A program made the position numbers and the translations under genes. From Perkinsus olseni (lineage: Eukaryota): DNA of 44,924 nt. Below are positions 23,700-35,070 of the stretch, piece by piece; within the stretch, counting starts at the first letter, position 1; every line of letters begins with the position of its first letter. The notes under the pieces are model-generated. The model saw only the letters and a list, made by a program, of their open reading frames with translations. It was not told the origin of the DNA and did no database searches. The stretch lies in assembly GCA_013115125.1 (NCBI GenBank), contig JABANN010000267.1, positions 1 through 44,924 of the forward strand. Reading direction: 5' to 3'.

Positions 23700-25565
23700 G
23701 TTTCAGCGAATTCCGAGCTAGCTGTCGTGCTCATAGACACGGGTCTTGCCAATCTTTATCTCCTCACTCGCGTTCTCGCGAAAGAGATGGCGAAGTAAGA
23801 CAAGTTGGTAGGTCCTGTCGGCCAGATGCTGTCGCTGTAGAGTGTCCGTCAACATACCGAAGAAACGTAGTGGCAGTAGCGGCTACGACAAGGCTCTTAA
23901 CAAGTTCTACGACCAAGTTTGATCTGCGGGCACCCCTTAAAAAATAGTTCATAAAGACGTGCACTTTGAGTGAGCGGTGATGAAAATGAGGTGCCAGACC
24001 GAAAGTCGGAGGCTGACTGATAGGACGGGATTCCCGCCTGAAGGTTACCAGCCAGTATGAGAGAGCATTCGTGGCATCACTTCGCGAGAGCATTTCACGA
24101 GAATCCATTGGTATTGAGAGTTTGACCTAGAAAAGAGGGGACCGTGGATACGGACTCTGATGAACCTGATATGTCGTTGCTAGTCTGACTCAGCCTGTTA
24201 AGGCGTTGGGCTTGAAACTCACACACACACTGAGTGTGAGTGTCTTTGAGGGCCTTATCGATGGCTCTTGAATTCTGTCGCGGAATTTCAGGTTTATGTC
24301 GCCATAAAGCAGCATGTTGACTTCGACAAGGTCAAGTGCATCGTTATTGCCGGCCCGGGCTTTGTTCGGGATGACTTCATCAAATACGCTCGAGAAGAAG
24401 CCACCAAAAAAGGTGGGTATCTTAGGTTGATCCTGGCACAGCACAGAGCGGTATCGATTAATTGATCGATTTTTCGTTCAGCCGACTCGCAGATGTTGAA
24501 TGCTACAAAGAACAAGTTCGTTTCTTGCCATTGTTCGACGGCATACAAGCAAGGCCTTAACGAGCTGATGCAGGATGAGACGGTGAAGTCACAGGTGAGG
24601 TTGCGTAAGATACTCCCGCCGCACGGCGAAGAACTTCCAGGTGGCGGATACCAAAGCGATGTCGAACGTCGCTGCACTTGATCGTTTCTATACGATGCTG
24701 AAGAATGATCCGGAGCGGTCCGTCTATGGCCCAGGTGAACATGCTCGGCGACGTTGCCTTTTGAATTCTAGTGAGCCGTTTTGCTGTGTTGATTCACGAC
24801 GGTGATCTCGCCGTGATGAACGACCAATGAATTGGGCGATTTTAAGGTTTGAATGCGACTGCCGCTCCGTTTCTTTCGGTTACGTTGCAGCTTTTCTATT
24901 GTAGGTCCGGTAACTAAGGCTGCCGAAATGGGTGCGATAGACGAGCTTCTTATCACTGATGGGCTGTTTCGTTCCTCGTCCGTTGGCGTGCGGAAGAGGT
25001 ATCTTTCACCTTGTTCCCCTTCAGCAATAGTCGTCCTCCAGATACGTGGCTCTCGTGGAAGAAGTTCAAGCGACCAGCAATGTCTTCATTTTCAGAACTC
25101 AGCATGTCAGTGGTGAACAACTTCAGAATCTAGCCGGTATAGCGGCGACGCTCAAGTAGCATACTGGGTTATCATTGCCCAGGAGATGGACAGCGGACCT
25201 CTGAGAAGAGGTCACCTCTCCTGTTCGTGCGTTGAACGACTTTGGGACGGCCGTTCCAAGACGGTGTTTTACAGCGCATGGGAGGCGAACTCGCTGCCGA
25301 TGATTCAGTCCCGATTGTGAGCTGCTCAGAGCAGCCTGCTCTCCTGAGGGTTTCAAAAGTAGCAACCCTCAGGAAGGCAGCCTCCCGATAAAATTTGGTA
25401 CTCAAACGACGGACGCGTGCCTTCTTTACCAGGTTTCCCTGCCCCGATCTGGACGACGAGTATGCCCTTACTGAGCAAGAGGCCTTGGGGTCATCGGACG
25501 ACGAAGGCCGAGATGGAACGGCTGAGAGTTCGGAGCTTGATGATAACTTTCTGGCTGGCATATGA
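23700..25565 (+). pseudogene. PELO: 5'-truncated pelota copy (exons 6-13)
   Basis: Lacks exons 1-5 and a start codon; intron-7 donor changed GTAAGA>GTTTGA at 23917; missense changes such as RAVYG>RSVYG and FST>FRT. Confidence 0.85.
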
Positions 25566-25877
25566 TATGCGTGGAGTGTTGATTGTATCCTAGTCTACTG
25601 TCACTTTTCTGTTTGGATTTTCTGAAAGATGCGCTGTTGTGTTCTCCGAGAATCGCCGAGGGGATATGAAGTCTTCACAGTCACATACGACTCACGGCTC
25701 ACTGCTTGCCATTTGTCAAACAAGACACTCGACACGCTGACAACGGTTCGACGCTGCCCCAGAAGAAAAAATGAGGATCAAGAGGATGAGGATGTCTCTC
25801 CCCGAGACTCCCGGAAGGTGGCAGTCAACCGTCTGGCCCGCATGCACCAACCCCTGATCGCGTGGGTCTTTGCGTAA

Positions 25878-25950
25878 GACCACGATCTACCACTGGTAGA
25901 CCGTCTGCTTTGCAAGCCGAAGGACGTCAGTTCAATCCTGCCACGTGGCT
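25878..25950 (+). pseudogene. Decayed tRNA unit (counterpart of the 19018 unit)
   Basis: CCACG...CGTGG acceptor relic and GTCAGTTCAATCCTG T-arm; D-arm broken. Confidence 0.6.
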
Positions 25951-25987
25951 GAACTGTTTGGTGTGGTCGCTTTATCCCATAATAACT

Positions 25988-26739
25988 CGGGGTGTTCAAT
26001 AAACCTCTCCCGAAACTCGAGAGCGCTTCCGGGAGCGAAGTTTGCCAGAACGTGTTCCAAAGATCTGCCTCAGGAGCGCTTCCAGGAGTGATCAGATCAC
26101 TGTGATCTCAGGGTCGCTCCTGAGCGTGTTCAATAGAGTTCTCGCACGCCCTCAGGAGCCCTCCTGGGAGAGCACGCTCCTGAGATCATCTGAGCCTTGA
26201 GATTTGCCCTGGCTGGGCGGCTAAAGAATAACGAAAAGACGCAGTATGACTAATACCTGTCGCGTGACGTTCGAACTAAGCTAGATAACAAGTAGTTGCG
26301 CCCAAAAAGGTGATGTGATAGAAGTGCTGTTGGGGGCTTCGAGGAGAACTTGTGAGATGTCTGTGTCGAGGAGTATGGCGGTCTCTTTCGGCACCCCAAC
26401 ACGGCGGCCATTCGCGACGCTTCTCGTCTGGGCGAGCAGTAAGACGGCGTGCTACACTCCCGGAGACCCCAAGTTCGATCCGCCCTCAGGGCAATTAGTA
26501 AACATCCATGCGATTTGGCGTTTCTCTGACGGTGCGATACATGCATCGCTCCCAGGAGCCTTCTTCGAGAGCGCTTCTGAACTGCGAGTTTATTGAACAT
26601 GAGTTGAGTTCTCTTTCCGGAGCTCTCCTGAAAAGTTTCAGGAGCGCGTCTATTGAACGGAATCTCATGAGCGCTCTCCAAAAGCGCTTTCCAAGAGCGC
26701 TCCTGGGAGTGAACTCGACCTTGACTATTAAATACCCCG
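25988..26739. mobile_element. MITE/non-autonomous DNA transposon, 752 bp
   Basis: Absent from copy A at the equivalent site. TIRs CGGGGTGTTCAATA / TATTAAATACCCCG (12/14), 3-bp TSD ACT, subterminal repeats (GTGTTCAATA, CAGGAGCGCT). Confidence 0.85.
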
Positions 26740-26800
26740 ACTGTAGGCGGAAGATCCACGGTTATTCGACCAGTCGGTTTCTGGACACCATGTTGCGTGA

Positions 26801-26872
26801 GCCACTTTAGCTTAGTGGTAGAGCGTCTGCTTCGTAAGCAGAAGGTCGTCAGTTCAATCCTGGCAAGTGGCT
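26801..26872 (+). tRNA. tRNA-Thr(CGT)
   Basis: 72 nt cloverleaf: acceptor GCCACTT/AAGTGGC, anticodon stem TCTGC/GCAGA with loop TTCGTAA, T-loop TTCAATC. Confidence 0.9.
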
Positions 26873-26897
26873 GGAGTGTTTGGTGAGCTCGCATTAT

Positions 26898-27229
26898 GAT
26901 GGTTAACTTGTTAAACTAGGTTAAATACCGATACGGATGGTCGCGTCGCTCCGCCATCGTAGTAGTTGGTGGCGTAGCCATGAAACCGTGAGGCGAAAGG
27001 GCTCCGACTACGTCCCACCTGCCGTGACCCAGTTAAGGCTAGACGGCGATGATTGATTCTCTCCCCGTCCCACCACTCCTGGGAGCAAGTACCGAATAGG
27101 GTGTAGACACGCACTGTCAGCAGACTCAGGCTCTGGGTCGCCAAGTGTCTTGCCCTCGTCGGTGCTTCACTGGCCGGTTCGTACTGAACCGACCTAACAG
27201 ACCCACGCGACCAGGAGTGGGATATTTAA
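26898..27229. mobile_element. ~330 bp insertion, possible small mobile element
   Basis: Absent from copy A; short inverted motifs AGGTTAAATA (26918) and TATTTAACCT (~27223) near the ends. Confidence 0.45.
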
Positions 27230-27950
27230 CCTCTGTTAACTGTAGGGGGAAGATCTTGCGCCACGGTTACTTGACTACTCAGTTTCTGGACATACTAATT
27301 CGTGAGCCATTCTATTTGATCATGATTTGATTCTATCGTGATTTGGAAATCAAAGGTGGCGACAAGTTCATAATCATGTTACATTGCAACATGATGCAAC
27401 ATGTTGCATGCAACAGCTGCAATGTTCAGGGTAGATGTTCCGATTATCACTGAGGGTTACAACACAATCAGTTCATCGCAGTATGTGATAACCAGGCGAC
27501 AACGCGACCATAGCTCATTGACCGCTGAAGACCTCGCTCAGTCAAAAGTTCGTGAGCACTGCCACGCAATGAGCAATGAGCAATGAGCATATTACGAACC
27601 TTATTGACATCGCGGGTCGTCATAGGCTGCGGCACGTCGATATTCAGAATATCACATTCTAGAATTTGAAGTAATTGCATATTTCCTCAATCCTTTCGAG
27701 ATTTCTCAGTAGTCGAAATAAAGAATAAACGAATGAAAGCAGGTGGCATCAGAAAATCCGGGTTACGACGACGTGGTTGAGACACTGGTGTGTGACATGA
27801 CCAGGGCAGAATTACCACAATCATCATCAAAATAATCTTAGCAGCATAGCTACTGGCAAGACGCTGAGGACCATTGGCGGTCCTCACCATCAGTAACATA
27901 GATAGTTCATAACAACCTTCTCCAGGATAAACCGCATGACTTGTTGTGGA

Positions 27951-28633
27951 TTACACTGCCTCCGTACAGTTTGTGGAGGCTGGATCTGTGTCCTCGGAAT
28001 AGGGAGATGAAGAATCCTGCATTCTGAAGATCCTGAAGATGCATATGTGGTCTGAAAACGACTTGAGTTTGACGTGCTCGCATTTCCCTGAGCCCTGGCA
28101 GTCCTGAAAATACACGAGGATTTCGCTTCCCATTGTAAACCTCTCCTTCAACTTACGTAATTATCCTTGCATATGACGTAGCAGCGCCCAAGAGCTCCAC
28201 ATCCGACACCGTGACGAGCACCAGGTGGTGGAGGGGGGCAGTCGCCGGAGGTGTTACACGGCTTTCCACACACAGCGTAGTTGATATGACCGTGCGAATC
28301 CTGAGAGGGGCGCATGTGGGAGACCCGCCGGTTGCCTACAACACGACGAGTTATCATCGGTAACCAAGAGCTTCTGGATGGGGGCCCGAATCTGGTTGGA
28401 AAACCCGTGGCACTCACATAAGTGACTATCGGTTCGAGATGCCCGTTACAGACACACTCATCATCTGCGCAGTCGTTGGAAGGCCTCTGGTAGTTGCCAC
28501 CTGGTTCATCAGAGCATGCGCTGAGCCCGCGGGAAGAGGAATTACCTAGGCATTCGTCACCCGCTGAGTTCGGAGGAGGATGTGCGACGCTTAGGCACAT
28601 CAAGCTCAAGATTTGGAGGACGTTGGAGTGCAT
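27951..28633 (-). CDS. Small Cys-rich secreted protein
   Basis: Signal-peptide-like MHSNVLQILSLMCLSVA; Cys pattern C.DDE ... CGKPC ... CP ... C ... C...C ... DC ... C ... IC. Introns include a probable 28301-28417 and one after CKDNY. Confidence 0.7.
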
Positions 28634-29335
28634 TCTACGAAGGCTTACGGGTAACACGCTGCCCACAGCTTCAAGTTTCCAGGGGATGATTCACCTTCAA
28701 TCGGACTTATTCGTTTTATTGAATTCGAGCTCGTTGCCGCTTGAGGAAAATATCCCCGATCTCTCGATTTAAGCCTCCGCCTAGCTACGCTTAAAAGGAG
28801 CATGGTTCGCGGGAGCGCTGTCTCCATGACAGACGACTGTCTACTGGCCGCAACAAATTATGAATAACCTGTGATTAGATGACGCCGAGGGGAAGAACCT
28901 CAAAGTGCAGTTCAAAGTCATTCATACGAGCCACGAATTCTATATGCACGTACGGAGTGTTAACATGCCTCCAGTCCTCGCTGAGGGCCACACGCGTGGG
29001 AATGGACTCGTAGCATGAGGAGTACGTAGACAGAGTCTGTCTGACAGACACGAGCACAGGTTTTTGAGGGTACTACCAATGGTTGCCAATCGGAACTAGA
29101 TTACGAGAATCCTAAGCATGAACTTCAAGGCTGAGGGAACGGATCGAGAGCTCGGCGATGAGCGCGACAGCCATGAGCATGAGTGAGTGAGTGAGAATAC
29201 GATTGAGCAAAAGATTACGTACTGCTTCTTTGCCTCCTCGCAGTCTGCGGCATCAGAAGCGAGATTTGCTCTATCTTCCCCCGTCCTGGAAGAGAGAGGA
29301 AGGATCACGGACCGTGATTCACGGTAGATGTTAGC

Positions 29336-29576
29336 CAAAGGTCATCAGTTCAATCCTGGCATGTGGCTGTGCTGTTTGGTGTGCTCGCGTTATCCCATAA
29401 TGACTGAAGGTGGGGATATCGCGCCATGGATATTTGGCCACTCAGTTTCTGGGCGCCATTTTACGTGAGCCGCTTTAGCTTGGTGGTAGAGCGTCTGCTT
29501 TGGAAGAAGAAGGTCGTCAGTTCGATCCTGGCAAGCGTTTGGAACGTTTGGTGAGCTCGCATCATTCTTTTATGAC
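29336..29576 (+). pseudogene. Third decayed copy of the tRNA-Thr array
   Basis: 3' tRNA half, the shared spacer, then a full-length unit at 29469-29540 with loop TTTGGAA and mismatched anticodon and acceptor stems. Confidence 0.7.
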
Positions 29577-30913
29577 GGTATCTCCGCTTTTGGACCCAAA
29601 ACCGTCGCCAAAGTAAAAACACGCATAAGGTAAAATGTGCGAATATGAGCTAGGAAGAGTGAGGAAAGGCACTCTATGGAAGAACACGAAGTGTTGTGCA
29701 GTACAACTGCGAGGCGCATGAGGGAAGCAGGTCGAATCTAGGGCGAGCGAGATACTGTCCGGATAGTGATGGCTATTTTCGTGGACAGGAGCTGGATGCG
29801 GTCCGATACGGTAAGCGTTGTCAGCTGTTTGATTCTTACAGGCACTAGCGTCGAGGCTCAGTTTTTACCCACCCACAACCACCCGCAGGAGGAGGTCCCA
29901 CCGAGTGTTACAAGGGTTGTGAGTGTCCAAGCGGGACAGAGATAGTTTCTGAGAAATCCTCAGTGAGAATGCAACACTCGGCGGGTGCATGTCTCTGATC
30001 GCCAGGGAGGGATGAATTGCGTTAGCGATTTAGTTTGGGTGGAATTCGAAGAGCAGCAGTTGTATCGGACAGCACTCACGAAATTTGGGACTCGAAATGT
30101 CGGAGCCTTCGACCTCCGGCCCGGTTTCGGAGGCTGGAACGTCGAAAAAGACCCCGGTAGAAGCTACTCAAGACGTATGACGAGGCCGAATACCACCATT
30201 AGAGATCTCTTCCTTTGCCCTGAATAGTTCTGGGTTGGATGATCCAACCCAATCCAACTTGGATCGTAAGAGCCGAGCCATTATTGCGGCCATAAGGGCA
30301 ATCCGAGCCGTCTGCCCCTTGTGATCCCACTGAAGTGCCAAAATAACGGGTTAAACTGTTGACAGATAGTCCGAGCCGCAGCATGCGAATATGACCGTAA
30401 GAATTCATGTACGAGTCCTACACCCAGATATCCACAACCAGTTTTTTTCGCGGGGCACTCTGAATTTTGGCGCCATCGTGCGCCGTAGCGTAGTACCAAC
30501 CACACCCGCCCGTCTGAATGCTGTTTGTGTCACAGTGTGACATCACACAGAGATGACTTAGTTATTGATCGTGAAACTTAAGCAACTAAAAAGACATCTT
30601 AGTTAGACTCGCAAGGCATAAGCCTGATGGTGATGTAGCCTACTACGACCCAGACACTAAGTATGCGAGTGAGAAGTGGCCATGGCTCGGCCCGAGCAAA
30701 GCACGCGTCCCTACGATTGCACGCAAGCGCGTCAAGCGACCAGGCGGTCGCAGATCTGTTTCGAAAGTCCCGCTGAGACCATAGGAGACACTTGGCAACG
30801 GATTCAGAAAGAGCGCCATTGGCGAGCTCGATGCTATTTCGAGCAGAAAAGGGTGAGTTGTAGTTACACTAAGATCGTGAGAAATAGTTCCGATGACTTG
30901 CTAATCTTCCCTT

Positions 30914-32721
30914 TCATCTCTTGATGCAAGCTGACGCCTTGATGTTATCGGCGAATTTCGGTAAGAGGCCGGGATCCTTCATGATGGCGCAAGCCCCTGA
31001 AGGGTCACCTTCGACGTTAGTCTGTCATGTCAACCCTCCTTGATACCTCTAGGATATCCCGGAGTTATACGCTCCACGTACCCAATACCATCCTCGCCCC
31101 AACTCGGACCCCAGCTGTTGAGAATCTTCCAATATCTGATCGGGACTCGAACGTGTGGTGACACTGTATCACTGATACACGATCAGAGTTTACTGGTAAA
31201 GCTGGTGCGTTATATGAGAGAAGGCGGGGCTTACGTAACGCTTTCAGGGGTCCTGCCATATCCGATGATGGTCACTTCATGGTCCAAGTTGCCTTCTCCG
31301 CATTCTTTAGCTGGAAGACGAATGAATGGTTCAACGCTAGTTGAGGGGTGAGACCGTGCGCAACATAATATTACTCGTCATAACGCCGGATCGCTAGTTC
31401 CGGAACCGAGCACTGGAAGCATGAACACCGACCGAGACTGGTCCATCAGCCACGGCGCCACGGAGAATAAGCTCGTCCTCTGGTTTGATGGCAATCCCCC
31501 GGACGACATCCCGGGCCTGAGATGAGTCTAGTGGTAGCAGCTCGGGGGCGAGGCTGGCCTCCCATCGAGTTCGAGCTGATACTGTGGCCTACAGTCTGCG
31601 GCGTTGGTAGCATCTTCTACTCACCGCAAGGCATTGATTAGATGGTGAGGTTACGACAGAATCCTTGCACTTCCCGTCCTTCGCTGTGTAGGGGTATGCG
31701 CTCTCCTTCACTATGCCCTGGCTCTGGACGTAGACCCAGGTACGCGTCAGTGTTCCACCCGTGCAGCCCCTGAGAATAAGAGCTTGAATCAGTAACAGTA
31801 TACCCTGAAAATTCATTAGGAGCGCAACTCTCGCCTTATCAAATGAGCCTTGTTGAAGCTGGATAATTAAACTCACTTGTTGCCACACAACGTACTGCAG
31901 TCCACAATCTGCTGAACAGAGAATGGAATGAGTGGTTTGATACCAGTCTTGATCTGGAACCGGCCTTCGGCCACAGCTGCCAGGAAGACGAATTGAGCTC
32001 GAGGCAGAATGAATCGTCATTCTCACTGGCTGCGTGGACAGCATAGCAAGAGTTACATGTCAGTTGATCTCTCACCGGTCCAACTGCACCAGCTGCAACC
32101 CAATCGACAGACTCTGGGAGGTTGCTGAGCTTGGGCGAGTCCAGATACGAGATATCTAGCATGAGACAGACCACAAATTTTGAGGCTACTCCCGGAGTAG
32201 TACTCCGATAAGTATCTCACTTAGTCTCGCACTTACTCGATAAAGGGATGGTTGGCGTCATCGTATGACCGCACAAAAACCCCGCTGTGAATTCTTCTGC
32301 TGATAGGTCCGCAACAGCGTTGACGTACGCGACATACTTGGAGCCGATTCCTGAGTCAGAAATCCAATGGGGGCCATGTATGGCTGACCCGTGCCATTCA
32401 CAGCAAGCCATCTACCTGCTTCTTCATCATGCTCCTCGTTGGCGGCAACAATATCCATGAGTGTCTCAGCGAACAATCCCCGACGCCTGTTGCGCTCGGC
32501 TTCGGAGTGGTACTCTTTCTGGTATCTGTGATTAACCAATGTATGCTGCCACCGACCTCGCTGTGCATTCCAGGGTTCTCGCCACGTCATACCCGGCTTG
32601 GGTCCTACCTTACGATGAAATCGGCGAAGGCTTCGTCGATCTTCTGTTCACTGAGAGCTTCACTAGTCAACGCCTGAAGAATTGTTAACGCCACGAGGAT
32701 TGTGAAGCCTTTAAAGCGCAT
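30914..32721 (-). pseudogene. Cathepsin L-like papain (C1A) cysteine protease with an in-frame stop
   Basis: Signal peptide, I29 prodomain (ERFNIN-like, NAVADLSAEEF), LPESVDW, QLTCNSCYA (catalytic Cys), GCTGG, DHEVTIIGYG (His), YWKILNSWG (Asn). TAG at 31394-31396 replaces the usual Tyr in FRN*RSG. Confidence 0.88.
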
Positions 32722-34855
32722 ATCCAGGCAACAATGGGATGCTAAACTGTAGCGATAGCGGGGTCAACCCCCTAGCGTTTGCCGCTACTGCGTTAGCGAG
32801 GGAAGACGACTACTTTAGCGGCTAAAGTAGTCGTCTTTCCTCAGTTCTAACTTCTAACTCGAAAATTTCGCGGCGAAACAACGAGTCGAGAGGCCGAGTA
32901 GAGAGAGGCCGCGCCCTGACTTGGCGCGAATTTGCTAGCTAATACAGAGGCCTAGAGCCTTTTCAGAGCCAACAACATACTCGGCTGTATTGCTAGCTTG
33001 AGAGGCCGCTAGCTAATACAGCTGGTCTGTCTACTTCATCCACTGCGCACGACGTCACGCTGTCTCCTTAACGATTTCACCACACGCTATGTTTCATACT
33101 CGATACCTTCAGTCTCGTCACTGACGATGCTACAGTACCAATCTTCTCTGTCATTTTTGATGCGGACGCTCAGCACCGCTCATCTCTCCAGGCTGAGCGA
33201 TAGATATCTTACTAGAGTGACTGCGAAGTTCTCAGTGGTCCCTTATCTCTGGCTGTACCTCTTCGTCGGTACATTTTTTCACCATTCACTCAACCTCAAA
33301 GAATGCAGATCATGCTGAGGTAAATCCCGGATGGTTTTATCGACGGCGAAACCGTCGATTATCGGGGACGAGAGGGACAAGATTTGTGTGCTAGCGACAT
33401 TGGCTAGAAAGCTAGCCAGGATGGATGCAGTTTCTCGTGATACTGATCGTTGTCGAGTTGTAGCATCTTAGTACTGCGGTATATCTTTCTCAACGAAAGG
33501 GAGGCGGTTCTGCGAAACACGTGAACCTAAACCGCCCTTCGTCTGTCAGTTTACCCTCATGTTTCCCTTGGTAACGATTCGAGCGGCTCTGCAGCCTTTG
33601 CGTGAGATAGATACGTCATATAGACGTAGGCCCTCGCTGGACTGGCCGCTACACGCGGATGGGTTGTGTATCCGCTGTGCGCAGCCAAACGCGGGAACTG
33701 CTGGCGCAAGGCCACTGGAGGGCAGTCGGTGTCTCCCCTTGTTGCCCTCTCCGCCTTCAGGTCCGTCGCGGCCACCGCCTCGACTCCCAATCCCCGTAGT
33801 CAGAGGTCATGGTGGGTTGGGACAAGCACCGGTGCCCCCTTTCCTCAGCTTGCGGGAAGAGAAGAGAATGAAAAGTGCCCGTGCAATGCAAAGTGCCAAG
33901 GCTCACCGGTGCTCTGGCTCATTCGAGTTTAGAGCTCACACTTAGGCCGTCGAGTTTACGAAGAAGACTGATTCGAGGGTGCTCATCACCTCAGTTGACT
34001 CGTCGTAGGACCTTCTTAGAGACGAAGCTTCTTCTCACTCGATAGAGTCTATCGAGTGACGCTGAGCTAAGACAGCCTTAGTAAGACAACCTCAGTTAGA
34101 CTGCACATGCAACTCCTGGGTTCGTTTGTCGGGGCTGCAGCTCCAACATGCTACATTTTTTCAATAAAGTCAATCGGGAAACGCGGAATAGTGTAGTGGT
34201 TGACCTCCACAGTGGAGGCTCCACTATTGTCTATACATATAAATACCAGAGCTGCGCCTCGATTGAAGCCCGTGGAACCTGGTTCGATGGCTCTGGTTCG
34301 CTCCACGAGCGTGCTCTGCCCCTTGAATACATCCATGACGAAGGCAACATAAGTGAGCTAAAAATCCGCGAACAGTCTGCGGATTTTTGTTCGGAATGTG
34401 AAAATGAACTCCGAATGCACTCACCCAGAATATCGACAAACTACCGCCCATCCAATCCCCGCCCTACTCAACGGGGCTCCACTTACGATTGGGATCTCCA
34501 GGCACTGGGATGATTGCAGAGACCACCTGACACGGGAGAGCGCTGAATCATCACAGGTATGTATAGCGGCGAGTTGCTAATCATGATTAAATCATCAATG
34601 TGGGTATGGTTACAGGCTGTAATCTATATACCGGCGGTATAATACCGCTATAACTTATAGCGGTCGGCTATCAGGGGAGTCGGTAGAGCTCCCGACTTGC
34701 ACGACGATGGCCACAGGTCCGAATCTTCAAGATTCGAGATTCAATCTTGGCAGGAGCAGAAGCCTAAGTGTCGACGGAGGTGGTGGTGGAGCCGGCGGCG
34801 CGCTACTTTTAGGCATATGTGACGCCGCGGCGTCACATACGTCTTAAAGTAGCAT

Positions 34856-35070
34856 GGACGAAACGCACGTGTACGAGAGGCTTGCCCGAAAAGCCCTGGA
34901 AGAAAGAAGCGGAGTAAGAGCATGATTGGACGAAACGGCGTGAATAAAAGAATTATGCATGAATGACTCGTGGACAAATGGGATGTGTACGAAAGAGGCT
35001 GGACGGAAGTAACACGGACGAAAAAGCGGGATGAACCCGGTCATGGCTGAAACAATCTTGGACGAAACCT
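34856..35070. repeat. Cluster of short GGACGAAA-type motifs
   Basis: About 7 copies of (G)GACGAAA variants at irregular spacing. Confidence 0.5.

Larger units (their letters stand above)
23621..28244 (+). repeat. Segmental duplication, copy B
   Basis: Colinear with 16778-20067, plus extra segments at 25988-26739, 26898-27229 and ~27450-27650. Confidence 0.92.

Noticed and set aside
26250-26894. 214 aa minus-strand ORF
   Set aside because: Spans the MITE and the antisense of tRNA-Thr; no protein motifs, so spurious.
31394-31396. TAG as evidence for a reassigned genetic code
   Set aside because: Single instance; pelota and other genes have no in-frame stops, and TAG appears to terminate the gene ending at 21152.
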